From Chloroflexota bacterium (GTDB taxonomy: Bacteria; Chloroflexota; Anaerolineae; Anaerolineales; UBA11579), in the NCBI GenBank assembly GCA_018662365.1, contig JABJGH010000001.1:1-44734 (forward strand): a DNA stretch of 44,734 nt, read 5' to 3'. The notes under the pieces were generated by a model. The model saw only the letters and a program-made list of their open reading frames with translations, made no database searches and was not told where the DNA came from. Both the position numbers and the translations under genes were made by a program. Below, in pieces: positions 1-7,772 of this stretch. The first letter of the stretch is position 1; each line of letters starts with the position of its first letter.

Positions 1-338
1 ACAGGGTGGTAACAGTTTCGATCGATCAAATGACCTTCAAACATCCGATAAAAATTGGGGATGTTATTATTCTTGAAGCAGAGTTGAGTTACGTGGGGCG
101 CACATCCATGGAAGCTGAAGTACACGTCTATGCTGAAAATCCAATAAAGGGGCAAAAATGGCATACAAATACCGCATACTTAGTGTATGTGGCCTTGGAT
201 GATGATGGGAATCCGGTCGAGGTACCCCATTTAATTGCTGAAACAGAAGAGCAAAAAATCAGAATGATTCATGGTGTCGAAAGACAAGAATATCGATTAA
301 AACAAATAGATAAATTTCAACCACGTGAAACAGCATAG
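1..338 (+). CDS. acyl-CoA thioesterase, hotdog fold (5'-truncated by window edge)
   Basis: The ORF translation (MVTVSIDQMTFKHPIKIGDVIILEAELSYVGRTSMEAEVHVYAEN...) looks like the C-terminal half of an acyl-CoA hydrolase. The N-terminal half typical of the family is absent, so the gene starts upstream of the window. Confidence 0.55.
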   Translation, partial: RVVTVSIDQMTFKHPIKIGDVIILEAELSYVGRTSMEAEVHVYAENPIKGQKWHTNTAYLVYVALDDDGNPVEVPHLIAETEEQKIRMIHGVERQEYRLKQIDKFQPRETA

Positions 339-377
339 ATTAGATTTTGAGAGAAAACCCAAGATTAAGGATTTCAG

Positions 378-938
378 ATGGCAAGAATTCGTGTAATAGC
401 AGGTGAGGCTAGAGGTGTTAAACTAGCAGCAGTCCCTGGGGATATCACTAGACCCATCACCGACAGAGTAAAAGAATCTTTATTTAATATTTTGCATCAG
501 GATATGCCAGATTGCAGCTTTTTTGATCTTTTTGCTGGCACTGGAAGTATTGGCATAGAAGCATTAAGTAGAGGTTCAAGATTTGCTCGGTTTAACGACA
601 TCCATCGAAGTGCAATTAATACAATAAAAAGAAATTTAGAGGTTACAAAATTACAAGACAGAGCGGAAGTTTTGCAAATGGATGCTTTTACTTTGCTTTC
701 AAAAGACCCAGATCATAATTTTGATTACCTATATATTGCTCCACCCCAATATAAAGAATTATGGAATAAGACACTTGCTATCTTGGATATAAATCCTAAT
801 TGGTTGGTTGAGGATGGGTGGGTAATTGTTCAAATCGATCCCAAAGAATATGGGGAAGTTGAAATGAATAATTTCTCTCTTTTTGATCAAAGAAAATACG
901 GCAGAACTTTGTTGTTATTTTATGAAAGAGTCGGTTAG
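378..938 (+). CDS. rsmD: 16S rRNA (guanine966-N2)-methyltransferase RsmD
   Basis: The SAM-methyltransferase motif DLFAGTGSIGIEALSRG is present, and the length and N-terminus (RVIAGEARG..L) are typical of RsmD. AAGGA sits 6 nt upstream of the ATG. Confidence 0.85.
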   Translation: MARIRVIAGEARGVKLAAVPGDITRPITDRVKESLFNILHQDMPDCSFFDLFAGTGSIGIEALSRGSRFARFNDIHRSAINTIKRNLEVTKLQDRAEVLQMDAFTLLSKDPDHNFDYLYIAPPQYKELWNKTLAILDINPNWLVEDGWVIVQIDPKEYGEVEMNNFSLFDQRKYGRTLLLFYERVG

Positions 939-983
939 TATGGGATAGCCAATAGATTAATATTTACAGATTCTGGGGGAATA

Positions 984-1397
984 TTACTTAGGTTTGTTTT
1001 TATACGGTTTTGTTTTTTCATTCCCCGACGTATTCTCTTTTTTTTCTGATTTCAATGATTTTGAAGTCATAACTGTTTTAATTTGCATATCCGTTGATTC
1101 TATTAAAAATAGAATTGGGGTGTTGGCTAACCGAATAGTATCCCCCGATTTGAGTACAGATTTTTCTATCCGTAAATTATTTAAAAAAGTTCCCCCGGTG
1201 GAATTTTTATCGATCAATATATAATTCCCCTTTTTAAAATGAATTTCAGCATGGAATCTAGAGATCATTGATTCTTGAATCACAAAATCGTTTTCTAGCT
1301 TTCTACCAATTTTTGAAACAATTTCCCGAATAGAAAATATTTGAGAATTTGCTACAAGATAAGCATTTTTTGTGATCGTTTTATTTTTGGTTTTCAA
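984..1397 (-). CDS. FHA domain-containing protein
   Basis: FHA signature GR....D..I....ISRFHAEI...Y.LID.NSTGGTF.N is present, followed by a lysine-rich tail. Confidence 0.75.
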   Translation of the reverse strand: MKTKNKTITKNAYLVANSQIFSIREIVSKIGRKLENDFVIQESMISRFHAEIHFKKGNYILIDKNSTGGTFLNNLRIEKSVLKSGDTIRLANTPILFLIESTDMQIKTVMTSKSLKSEKKENTSGNEKTKPYKNKPK

Positions 1398-1592
1398 GAT
1401 TAATCTCAGTTAAATATTTATATTTTGTCACCCTATATATTTTTGAGAATTTTAGAAGAGGATTGAATAATACAGTCAGTAATAATAAATTTTTAAAATG
1501 CCCAAAAATAAATATTTACTTTCTACTAATATACTATATCTAAAAAATTCCTTAATAGCAATAGATTCAATATAGACAATTGTACTGAGAAG

Positions 1593-2096
1593 TTACGAAA
1601 ATCTGATTTGTAAATTTTCCTCAGAATTATAATGATATTGAGCATAAATGACAGGATCATTTTCTGCGCGAGTAATTATCTTTGGAATCAATATTGGTAA
1701 ATCTTCTACCAAAGGTAATTTGGCGACCAATCCGATATCAATCCATTCCGGAGTGCCTTCATCAGATTCTTTTACCTGCTCATCATTAACGGTTCCACGG
1801 AAAACAAGCATACCAATACCAGTGGATTGCTGCGTGTCGATCGTAATTACTGCGCATAGCCACGGATTAATCAAGATTAACCCGGTTTCTTCCATAAATT
1901 CCCGGTGTGCAGCCTCTAAAACACTTTCCCCTTTTTCAATATGCCCACCAATGCCATTATATAAATCCGGCCAAATTTTCTTGTTTGGGGACCCTTTTAA
2001 TAGTAATACTTTATCCCCGCATGTAACAAATATTAACACACGGGGAATAATTTTATATCTGTCTTCAAACAGACCTTGTTCAGTTACCGGCATCAA
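1593..2096 (-). CDS. NUDIX hydrolase
   Basis: Nudix box GGHIEKGESVLEAAHREFMEETGL is present. The start overlaps the stop of the upstream aldolase-family gene (ATGA). Confidence 0.8.
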   Translation of the reverse strand: MMPVTEQGLFEDRYKIIPRVLIFVTCGDKVLLLKGSPNKKIWPDLYNGIGGHIEKGESVLEAAHREFMEETGLILINPWLCAVITIDTQQSTGIGMLVFRGTVNDEQVKESDEGTPEWIDIGLVAKLPLVEDLPILIPKIITRAENDPVIYAQYHYNSEENLQIRFS

Positions 2097-3532
2097 TCTG
2101 CGAGATCAGAAACGTCTTCCTCAGAATCCACCTCAAAAATCTTGAGGTAATCAGATAAGTTGGGTTTTACTTTAGGGATGGATACGAATTCATTTACATA
2201 ATCCATAGTATTTTCAATAGCAAGGGAAGTAAATAATTGAGTGAATTGTTTTTCCCAAGCATCGGTGATTTTTTCAATAACATCTTCGGGTAAACTCATA
2301 ATTTCTTTTTTAAATTCACCAAATGCTCGTTTTCTAGCTTTATAAAAGAATTGATCGTCTGTCATGCCTTCTTTTCTTTCATTTGGATAATTTTCATTCA
2401 AGAAGACAATGATGTCTTTGATCAGCGATTCGGGTGCATGATCATAAAAGATATTTTGGAAATTTGTTGCCAAATGCACTTCGATCGCTTCCGCTTCAAC
2501 AAATTTCCCAAATGCTTCTTGGGGAAGGGTGGAAGCACCGTGTTGCACCGCACCACCCATTTTATATTCTTCTCGGGTAATCTTACTGAGCTCATATAGT
2601 GTATCAAAATCAACACTGACACTAGCTATTGTCCCATCTGGGAGGACGACACCCCCGTGGGAGGTCCCGGTTTGGATACTGATCTTACTTAACCCAATAG
2701 CTTCTGGATTAAGAGCTTTTAACTTAGAAATGTATCCATCGGCGTAAGCTCGTAATTCTACTTCTGTAGAATTTTGTCCGCCGACTTCTCCAATTTCACC
2801 ACCAATAGAAATTGTAATGGTTTCAGGTTCCTGTGCACGAATATATGCGGAGATTTCTGCTGAAAGAGTAGTATTTACATCTTGTTGTTCAATAATTGTT
2901 TCTTTATCCAAATCAACCAAAGTCGAAGTATCTACATCTAAATTATAAAAGCCAGCCTGAATTGCTTCCAGGGAAAGTTCTTTTACGGTGTTCACTTCTC
3001 CGAAACTATTTTCAACATATCTGCTGGGTGAGATCTGGAAATGATCTCCCTGAATGAATACTGGTCCTGTATAACCAGAGGATATCGCTGCGGCGATAAT
3101 TGATGCAGAATATTCACTCGGGCGTTGATTTGTATATCCAATTTCTGATCGGGCAATTTCAAATAAAATCGCATTAGCATTCATATTCATAGCTACTTTA
3201 AAGACTGCTTTAGCTGCTTGAAAGGTCAGAACTCTCAAGTTAATTGCTGGAACTGTAAAGGTATTAGGGACTCGACCCTCTCCCCTTGCAATATAAAGAT
3301 CGTGAATGGATGCAGGGATTACACCAAGTTCTAAACCGCCAGTACGAATGAGATATCTAGCCCAAGCTTTTTCTTCTGAAGTGCCAAATGCAGATAATTC
3401 GATTAGCTTATATATGTTTTCTCTAAAAGCTTGCGGGTCTAAAACATTTATCTCGGTACCAGAGATTTCAATACTGTTTCCTGTTAATTCAATTAATTTT
3501 ATTTCAGTTGCCGTATTCATCATTATCCTCAA
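2093..3532 (-). CDS. class II aldolase-family TIM-barrel protein (ketose-bisphosphate aldolase / GatZ-KbaZ-like)
   Basis: PAINL...QGDHF motifs are typical of class II ketose-bisphosphate aldolase and GatZ/KbaZ family proteins. At 479 aa it is longer than canonical FbaA. Confidence 0.5.
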   Translation of the reverse strand: MRIMMNTATEIKLIELTGNSIEISGTEINVLDPQAFRENIYKLIELSAFGTSEEKAWARYLIRTGGLELGVIPASIHDLYIARGEGRVPNTFTVPAINLRVLTFQAAKAVFKVAMNMNANAILFEIARSEIGYTNQRPSEYSASIIAAAISSGYTGPVFIQGDHFQISPSRYVENSFGEVNTVKELSLEAIQAGFYNLDVDTSTLVDLDKETIIEQQDVNTTLSAEISAYIRAQEPETITISIGGEIGEVGGQNSTEVELRAYADGYISKLKALNPEAIGLSKISIQTGTSHGGVVLPDGTIASVSVDFDTLYELSKITREEYKMGGAVQHGASTLPQEAFGKFVEAEAIEVHLATNFQNIFYDHAPESLIKDIIVFLNENYPNERKEGMTDDQFFYKARKRAFGEFKKEIMSLPEDVIEKITDAWEKQFTQLFTSLAIENTMDYVNEFVSIPKVKPNLSDYLKIFEVDSEEDVSDLAD

Positions 3533-3728
3533 TTATTTCATTAATCAAACTATTTTACCATTCCTTTGAAAATTCTTAAAGAAGAAGAATAGCTAGTGAA
3601 AACGAAAATGAATAGTGGGTTTAGTTAATAAAATTCTTTTAAATTATCTGGGATTTTTTTATATAAACTCATGTATAATATTTTAGTAAGACAAACCTTT
3701 TCATAGTAAAAATCTCAGGAGGAGAAGT

Positions 3729-4274
3729 ATGAGTGATCTATTTGATGATGTCACTGAAGACCAAGATCCGTTTAAACGCTTATTAAGCAAAATTCCAGGT
3801 TTTGGCGGATATATTGAGCGTCAAAACCGAAGGGCAGCAGACAAAATATTAAGGGAATTGATCGGAGAACGTTTTCGGGCTATCTGGAAGCGTGTAGGGG
3901 AGGTTCAACAAGATCTGGTTAGTCAGGGAGAAATTCTTCAGCTAGATGATATTGAAAAAGCTGCAACAAAGATACAAACCTTTATTGATAAGGTAGAAAA
4001 TGCGGCTTATGGATATTCCAGTTTTTTTGAAGCCGAGAAAATTAATGAGGAAGAATTAAAAAGTATTTACGAATTTGATGTTTCTTTACTTGCACTAGAA
4101 GATGATTTCCTAAGAGCGGTGGAAAATATCGAGTCTTCATTTGGTTCCGACGGATTACCAGCATCGATCAGCCACTTAGTTACGCTATCTCGAGATTTAG
4201 TAGAAACATTCGGGAAACGGGACAATATGCTCATTGAATATGGGAAATCCTCTAGTGAAGAAGCAGGAGAATAA
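3729..4274 (+). CDS. hypothetical acidic protein, first gene of a two-gene operon
   Basis: Strong SD (AGGAGGAG) lies upstream. A 181-aa ORF with clean codon usage shows no motif I recognise. Its stop is 2 nt before the next start. Confidence 0.6.
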   Translation: MSDLFDDVTEDQDPFKRLLSKIPGFGGYIERQNRRAADKILRELIGERFRAIWKRVGEVQQDLVSQGEILQLDDIEKAATKIQTFIDKVENAAYGYSSFFEAEKINEEELKSIYEFDVSLLALEDDFLRAVENIESSFGSDGLPASISHLVTLSRDLVETFGKRDNMLIEYGKSSSEEAGE

Positions 4275-4276
4275 TC

Positions 4277-5320
4277 ATGGCACGAATTTTTGATGTAATT
4301 GAATATCCTAATGAAATGAAGGATGAGATTGTTCATCGTTTTCCAGAAGAAGGTTCTGGAGATTTTAGAATTGGTTCGCAGGTAATTGTTCGCGAATCTC
4401 AAACTGCCGTATTCTTCCGCGATGGGCAAGCTCTGGATATATTTGAAGCTGGACGCCACACCATTGCGACAGCAAATATCCCAAAGATTACTGATTTTAT
4501 TGGAAAAGCTTTTGGGGACCGCACACCTTTTACCGCTGAAGTTTATTACGTATCTATGCGGGAATTCCTTGATCGAAAATGGGGAACACCCCAAGCTATT
4601 CCCATGGAGACCCCTGGAATTGGGTTGGGCTGGTTGTTGCTCCAAGGATTTGGCACATTCACTTACGAAGTAAGTGACCCCCAGCAATTTGTTACCCAGG
4701 TAGTTGGTACTCAGGGAACATTTCGACACGCTGATATTGAAAATGACCTGAAATCTCGTTTACTCCGCAGCCTATCTGACTTGCTAGGCGAAATGAAAGG
4801 GAAGTATTCAACTGTTCAAGATATCATTGGCTTGCAGGAAGAAATTAGTGCCGGTGTACGAGCAAAAGTACAAGATGATTTTGAAGCTAGAGGACTAGTT
4901 TTGAAATCTTTTGTAATTGCAAATATGAGTCCGTCCGAAGCAACTGCAGATAAATTGCGCGATATGGGGCTTCTAGATGTAGCTACATATACGCAATTGC
5001 AAGCTGCAGATGCGATGCGCGATGCTGCCCAAAACCCCAGTGGCGGTGCAGGACTAACCGCAGGGATAGGTGCTGGAATGGGTATTGGTAATTTGATGAC
5101 CGGCGCTCTTCAAGGTTCGCAGCAGCAAGCAGCTCCGGCTGCAGGTGGTGCTGAGGTTGCCATGCCAGACGTGATGACCCCAGCCGAAGCCGCAGATTTC
5201 CTCAAGGTATCTGCAGAGGATGTCGTGGCGGCGATTGAGTCAGGCGACCTAAAGGCCCGGAAATTAGGAAGTGCCTATCGCATTGGGAAAGATGCCTTAG
5301 AAACCTTCCTTAAAGGCTAA
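4277..5320 (+). CDS. SPFH/Band-7-like protein (COG4260 'virion core protein' family) with Gly/Ala-rich linker and C-terminal excisionase-type HTH
   Basis: The N-terminal 230 aa match the COG4260 pattern as I recall it (IVRESQ.AVFF..GQ..D.F..G..T......P.....WGT...FGT..Y.V.DP..F...VVGT.G.F). A low-complexity linker (GGAGLTAGIGAGMGIG...AAPAAGG) follows. The last ~45 aa (MTPAEAADFLKVSAEDVVAAIESGDLKARKLGSAYRIGKDALETFL) form an HTH_17/excisionase-like domain. Confidence 0.6.
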   Translation: MARIFDVIEYPNEMKDEIVHRFPEEGSGDFRIGSQVIVRESQTAVFFRDGQALDIFEAGRHTIATANIPKITDFIGKAFGDRTPFTAEVYYVSMREFLDRKWGTPQAIPMETPGIGLGWLLLQGFGTFTYEVSDPQQFVTQVVGTQGTFRHADIENDLKSRLLRSLSDLLGEMKGKYSTVQDIIGLQEEISAGVRAKVQDDFEARGLVLKSFVIANMSPSEATADKLRDMGLLDVATYTQLQAADAMRDAAQNPSGGAGLTAGIGAGMGIGNLMTGALQGSQQQAAPAAGGAEVAMPDVMTPAEAADFLKVSAEDVVAAIESGDLKARKLGSAYRIGKDALETFLKG

Positions 5321-5333
5321 ATTAATTTATATC

Positions 5334-5366
5334 AAAAAAAGACCAGAATAATTTCTGGTCTTTTTA
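5334..5366. terminator. bidirectional rho-independent terminator
   Basis: Sequence AAAAAAAGACCAGAATAATTTCTGGTCTTTTT is a 9-bp stem flanked by an A-run and a T-run. It lies between convergent genes. Confidence 0.65.
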
Positions 5367-5382
5367 TTTTTAAGGGGAGCAG

Positions 5383-6066
5383 TTATTTAAACAAATCCTG
5401 AAAGGCTTTTAGAGTTGATATTGGGATTTTATTCTCTTTTTCTTTTTCTCGTAAGAATCCGCGCAACTTATTAATATGAATAGTTGGGATCGGAAATTCA
5501 TCCTTATTAATTTTTGACTTTTCATGCATGATGACAACCACTGCATTTACTTGAATATTGTCTTTTCTGTCCCAATTCTTCTGCAGGTGGTAATCCAATA
5601 CATCCGCTTGTCTCAAGATTTCATTATCGGGGCGGCCTAATCCTTCGCTTATGAAAAAAAAGAATTTATCGAGAAATGATTCCCTTTTTAATTTCCAGCG
5701 TTTCCTTTTTTGATTAAATGTTATTAATCCCTTGGCATATTTTGGAAGTAGTATCCATATTCCAGCAGGGCCAACGAGTAGATGGGGAACTGGGGATTTA
5801 AATTGAAATATTGAATATTTATTATCTAGCTTTGACAGTATTTTATTAAATTCCCGATCTGATCTTCTTCCATATTTTCTAAATGAAAGACCGATCTGAT
5901 ATAGGACGATTCCTAATGCGAAAATTGGGAATACTTTTTGAAATCCAGCAGGATTATTAAGAATTGAAAAAGCAGAAAATAATAATAAGGCTGGGCTGAT
6001 TAAGGAGGACCAGAAACCTATCGTACTGTTACGTGATATTTTTTTATCATTCGAAATAATTTTCAT
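5383..6066 (-). CDS. NERD (nuclease-related) domain protein with N-terminal transmembrane segments
   Basis: The central region (SIFQFKSPVPHLLVGPAGIWILLPKYAKG...) resembles NERD domains. Two hydrophobic helices sit at the N-terminus. Confidence 0.55.
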   Translation of the reverse strand: MKIISNDKKISRNSTIGFWSSLISPALLLFSAFSILNNPAGFQKVFPIFALGIVLYQIGLSFRKYGRRSDREFNKILSKLDNKYSIFQFKSPVPHLLVGPAGIWILLPKYAKGLITFNQKRKRWKLKRESFLDKFFFFISEGLGRPDNEILRQADVLDYHLQKNWDRKDNIQVNAVVVIMHEKSKINKDEFPIPTIHINKLRGFLREKEKENKIPISTLKAFQDLFK

Positions 6067-6086
6067 TCAAAGACCACCAAAAATAT

Positions 6087-7079
6087 TTATAATTGTTCTG
6101 CGATGGATTCTCTCAGAGAGGCCATTAAATTCTTTTCTACTGCAATTCGCGCGTTGCGTATTGCGCTTACAATAGCTTTAGAATTGGATCTTCCGTGTCC
6201 AACAAATACCAATCCGTTCAAACCCAAAAGGGGAACAGCACCAACCTCGTCGGGATCTAACATTTCTTTCAATTCCACGAAGGCGCTTTTTGATAAGGAG
6301 GCCCCAAGCATCCGGATGGGAGAACTTTTCAACTTTGTTCTTAGGGTATCGAAAAGGAGTTTGGCGAGGGCTTCACTTGCTTTTACAAGCACATTTCCGG
6401 TAAACCCATCGGTGATGACAACATCAGCTTCACCACCAAAAAGTTCTTTACCTTCTACATTACCAATAAAATTTAATTTGGATTTAGCCAAAAGGGGGTA
6501 AGTATCTTTTACCAATTCGTTACCTTTCGTTTCTTCTTCCCCATTTGACAGTAACCCCACTCTAGGGTTTTTAATATTTAATACTTTTTGCGAATATACA
6601 GAGCTCATTATTGCGAATTGTAATAAAAATTTGGGCTTACAATCGGCATTAGCACCGATATCTGAGACAACGCATTGCCCGTTTTCTACCGGTAATACGA
6701 CCGTGAGAGCAGGCCGTTTTACTCCTTTGATCCTTTTTAAACGAGCAAGTCCAATGGCCATCGCACCCCCCGTGTTTCCTACAGTTACGAAGGCGTCGGC
6801 TTCCCCATTTGCCAACATGTTCATCCCCACTCCCATCGAGTTTTCCTCTTTTTGGAGAGTGTTTTTGGTGAGCTTATCGGTCATCTTGAAAACTTCGGGG
6901 GCGTGAATGATTTTTACTGGTGCATTGTTTACATTCATTTCTTTGAGCATCGGTTCAAGAAGGTCCTTTTGACCCACAAGGAGTATTTCATCACCAAATT
7001 CCACCGCCGCTTCTACTGCCGCTTGAACTTCGGGAGCAGGATAATTGTCACTGCCCATCGCATCTAAAACGATCCTCAT
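6087..7079 (-). CDS. plsX: phosphate acyltransferase PlsX
   Basis: The translation (MRIVLDAMGSD....GNTGG...) is typical of PlsX along its full length. AGGAG SD is present. Confidence 0.9.
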   Translation of the reverse strand: MRIVLDAMGSDNYPAPEVQAAVEAAVEFGDEILLVGQKDLLEPMLKEMNVNNAPVKIIHAPEVFKMTDKLTKNTLQKEENSMGVGMNMLANGEADAFVTVGNTGGAMAIGLARLKRIKGVKRPALTVVLPVENGQCVVSDIGANADCKPKFLLQFAIMSSVYSQKVLNIKNPRVGLLSNGEEETKGNELVKDTYPLLAKSKLNFIGNVEGKELFGGEADVVITDGFTGNVLVKASEALAKLLFDTLRTKLKSSPIRMLGASLSKSAFVELKEMLDPDEVGAVPLLGLNGLVFVGHGRSNSKAIVSAIRNARIAVEKNLMASLRESIAEQL

Positions 7080-7130
7080 TTGATATCTCCTAGATAAAAG
7101 TTAGCGTTTTCTTCGTAATATCTTTTCTTC

Positions 7131-7158
7131 TTGACTTTCAACTATGGTGGATTATAAT
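7131..7158 (+). promoter_or_regulatory. sigma-70-type promoter for tRNA-Leu (TTGACT-16-TATAAT)
   Basis: TTGACT is at 7131-7136 and TATAAT at 7153-7158. The tRNA begins 11 nt downstream. Confidence 0.5.
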
Positions 7159-7168
7159 ACGGCTTGCT

Positions 7169-7250
7169 GCGCTGGTGCTGGAACTGGTAGACAGGCCTGG
7201 TTGAGGGCCAGGTGCCGCAAGGCGTGAGGGTTCGATTCCCTCCCAGCGCA
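7169..7250 (+). tRNA. tRNA-Leu (anticodon GAG), long variable arm
   Basis: Acceptor stem GCGCTGG/CCAGCGC pairs. Anticodon stem CCTGG/CCAGG carries loop TTGAGGG. A long variable arm and the GGTTCGATTCC T-arm are present, with no encoded CCA. Confidence 0.85.
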
Positions 7251-7253
7251 CAG

Positions 7254-7277
7254 AACCGCCTACGGGCGGTTTTTTTT
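7254..7277 (+). terminator. rho-independent terminator after tRNA-Leu
   Basis: Sequence AACCGCCTACGGGCGGTTTTTTTT. Confidence 0.7.
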
Positions 7278-7355
7278 ATTAAATATCCAATTTAGGCCAG
7301 AGTTTTTATTGCTGTTGTATAATTTATTGGAAAATACATTTGAGGAGATTGCAGA

Positions 7356-7769
7356 ATGGAAAACATATTTCCTAGCAATGAATGGCTTCAATCGTTAATA
7401 GATTTTTTAAACAATGATCCAGATTATGCACGAATTGCAAAGAAATGGGAGGGAGATATTGCCTTTAGCGTCAAGGCAGATGGTCCTTTGAAAGAGGATA
7501 TGAATATTTACCTTGACCTTTGGCATGGTGCTTGTCGCGGAGGAAAAATTTTAGAAGAAACAGAAGAATTGGATGCAGCATTTGTACTAGAAGCCCCTTA
7601 TGGAAATTTAGTCAAAATTCTCTCTGGGAAACTAGATCCAATGCAAGCGATGATGACCCGGAAATTAATTGTCAATGGGAGCATGACTTATATGATGCGA
7701 AACATTCCTACAGTTTTAGATTTTGTGAGGTGCGCAAGGAGTGTCACAGATAAGGTTTTGGAAGAATAG
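7356..7769 (+). CDS. SCP2 (sterol carrier protein 2) domain-containing protein
   Basis: The C-terminal ...MQAMMTRKLIVNGSM.YMMR.....DF pattern is typical of the SCP2 fold. GAGGAG SD is present, and the stop is 3 nt before the AOR start. Confidence 0.65.
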   Translation: MENIFPSNEWLQSLIDFLNNDPDYARIAKKWEGDIAFSVKADGPLKEDMNIYLDLWHGACRGGKILEETEELDAAFVLEAPYGNLVKILSGKLDPMQAMMTRKLIVNGSMTYMMRNIPTVLDFVRCARSVTDKVLEE

Positions 7770-7772
7770 TTT

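Noticed and set aside
4067-4729. 220-aa minus-strand ORF. Similar antisense ORFs lie inside smc (27256..27957), fabF (22180..22899), AOR (8537..8893) and nnr.
   Set aside because: These are embedded antisense to well-supported conserved genes and have odd Ser/Cys-rich composition. They are chance antisense frames.
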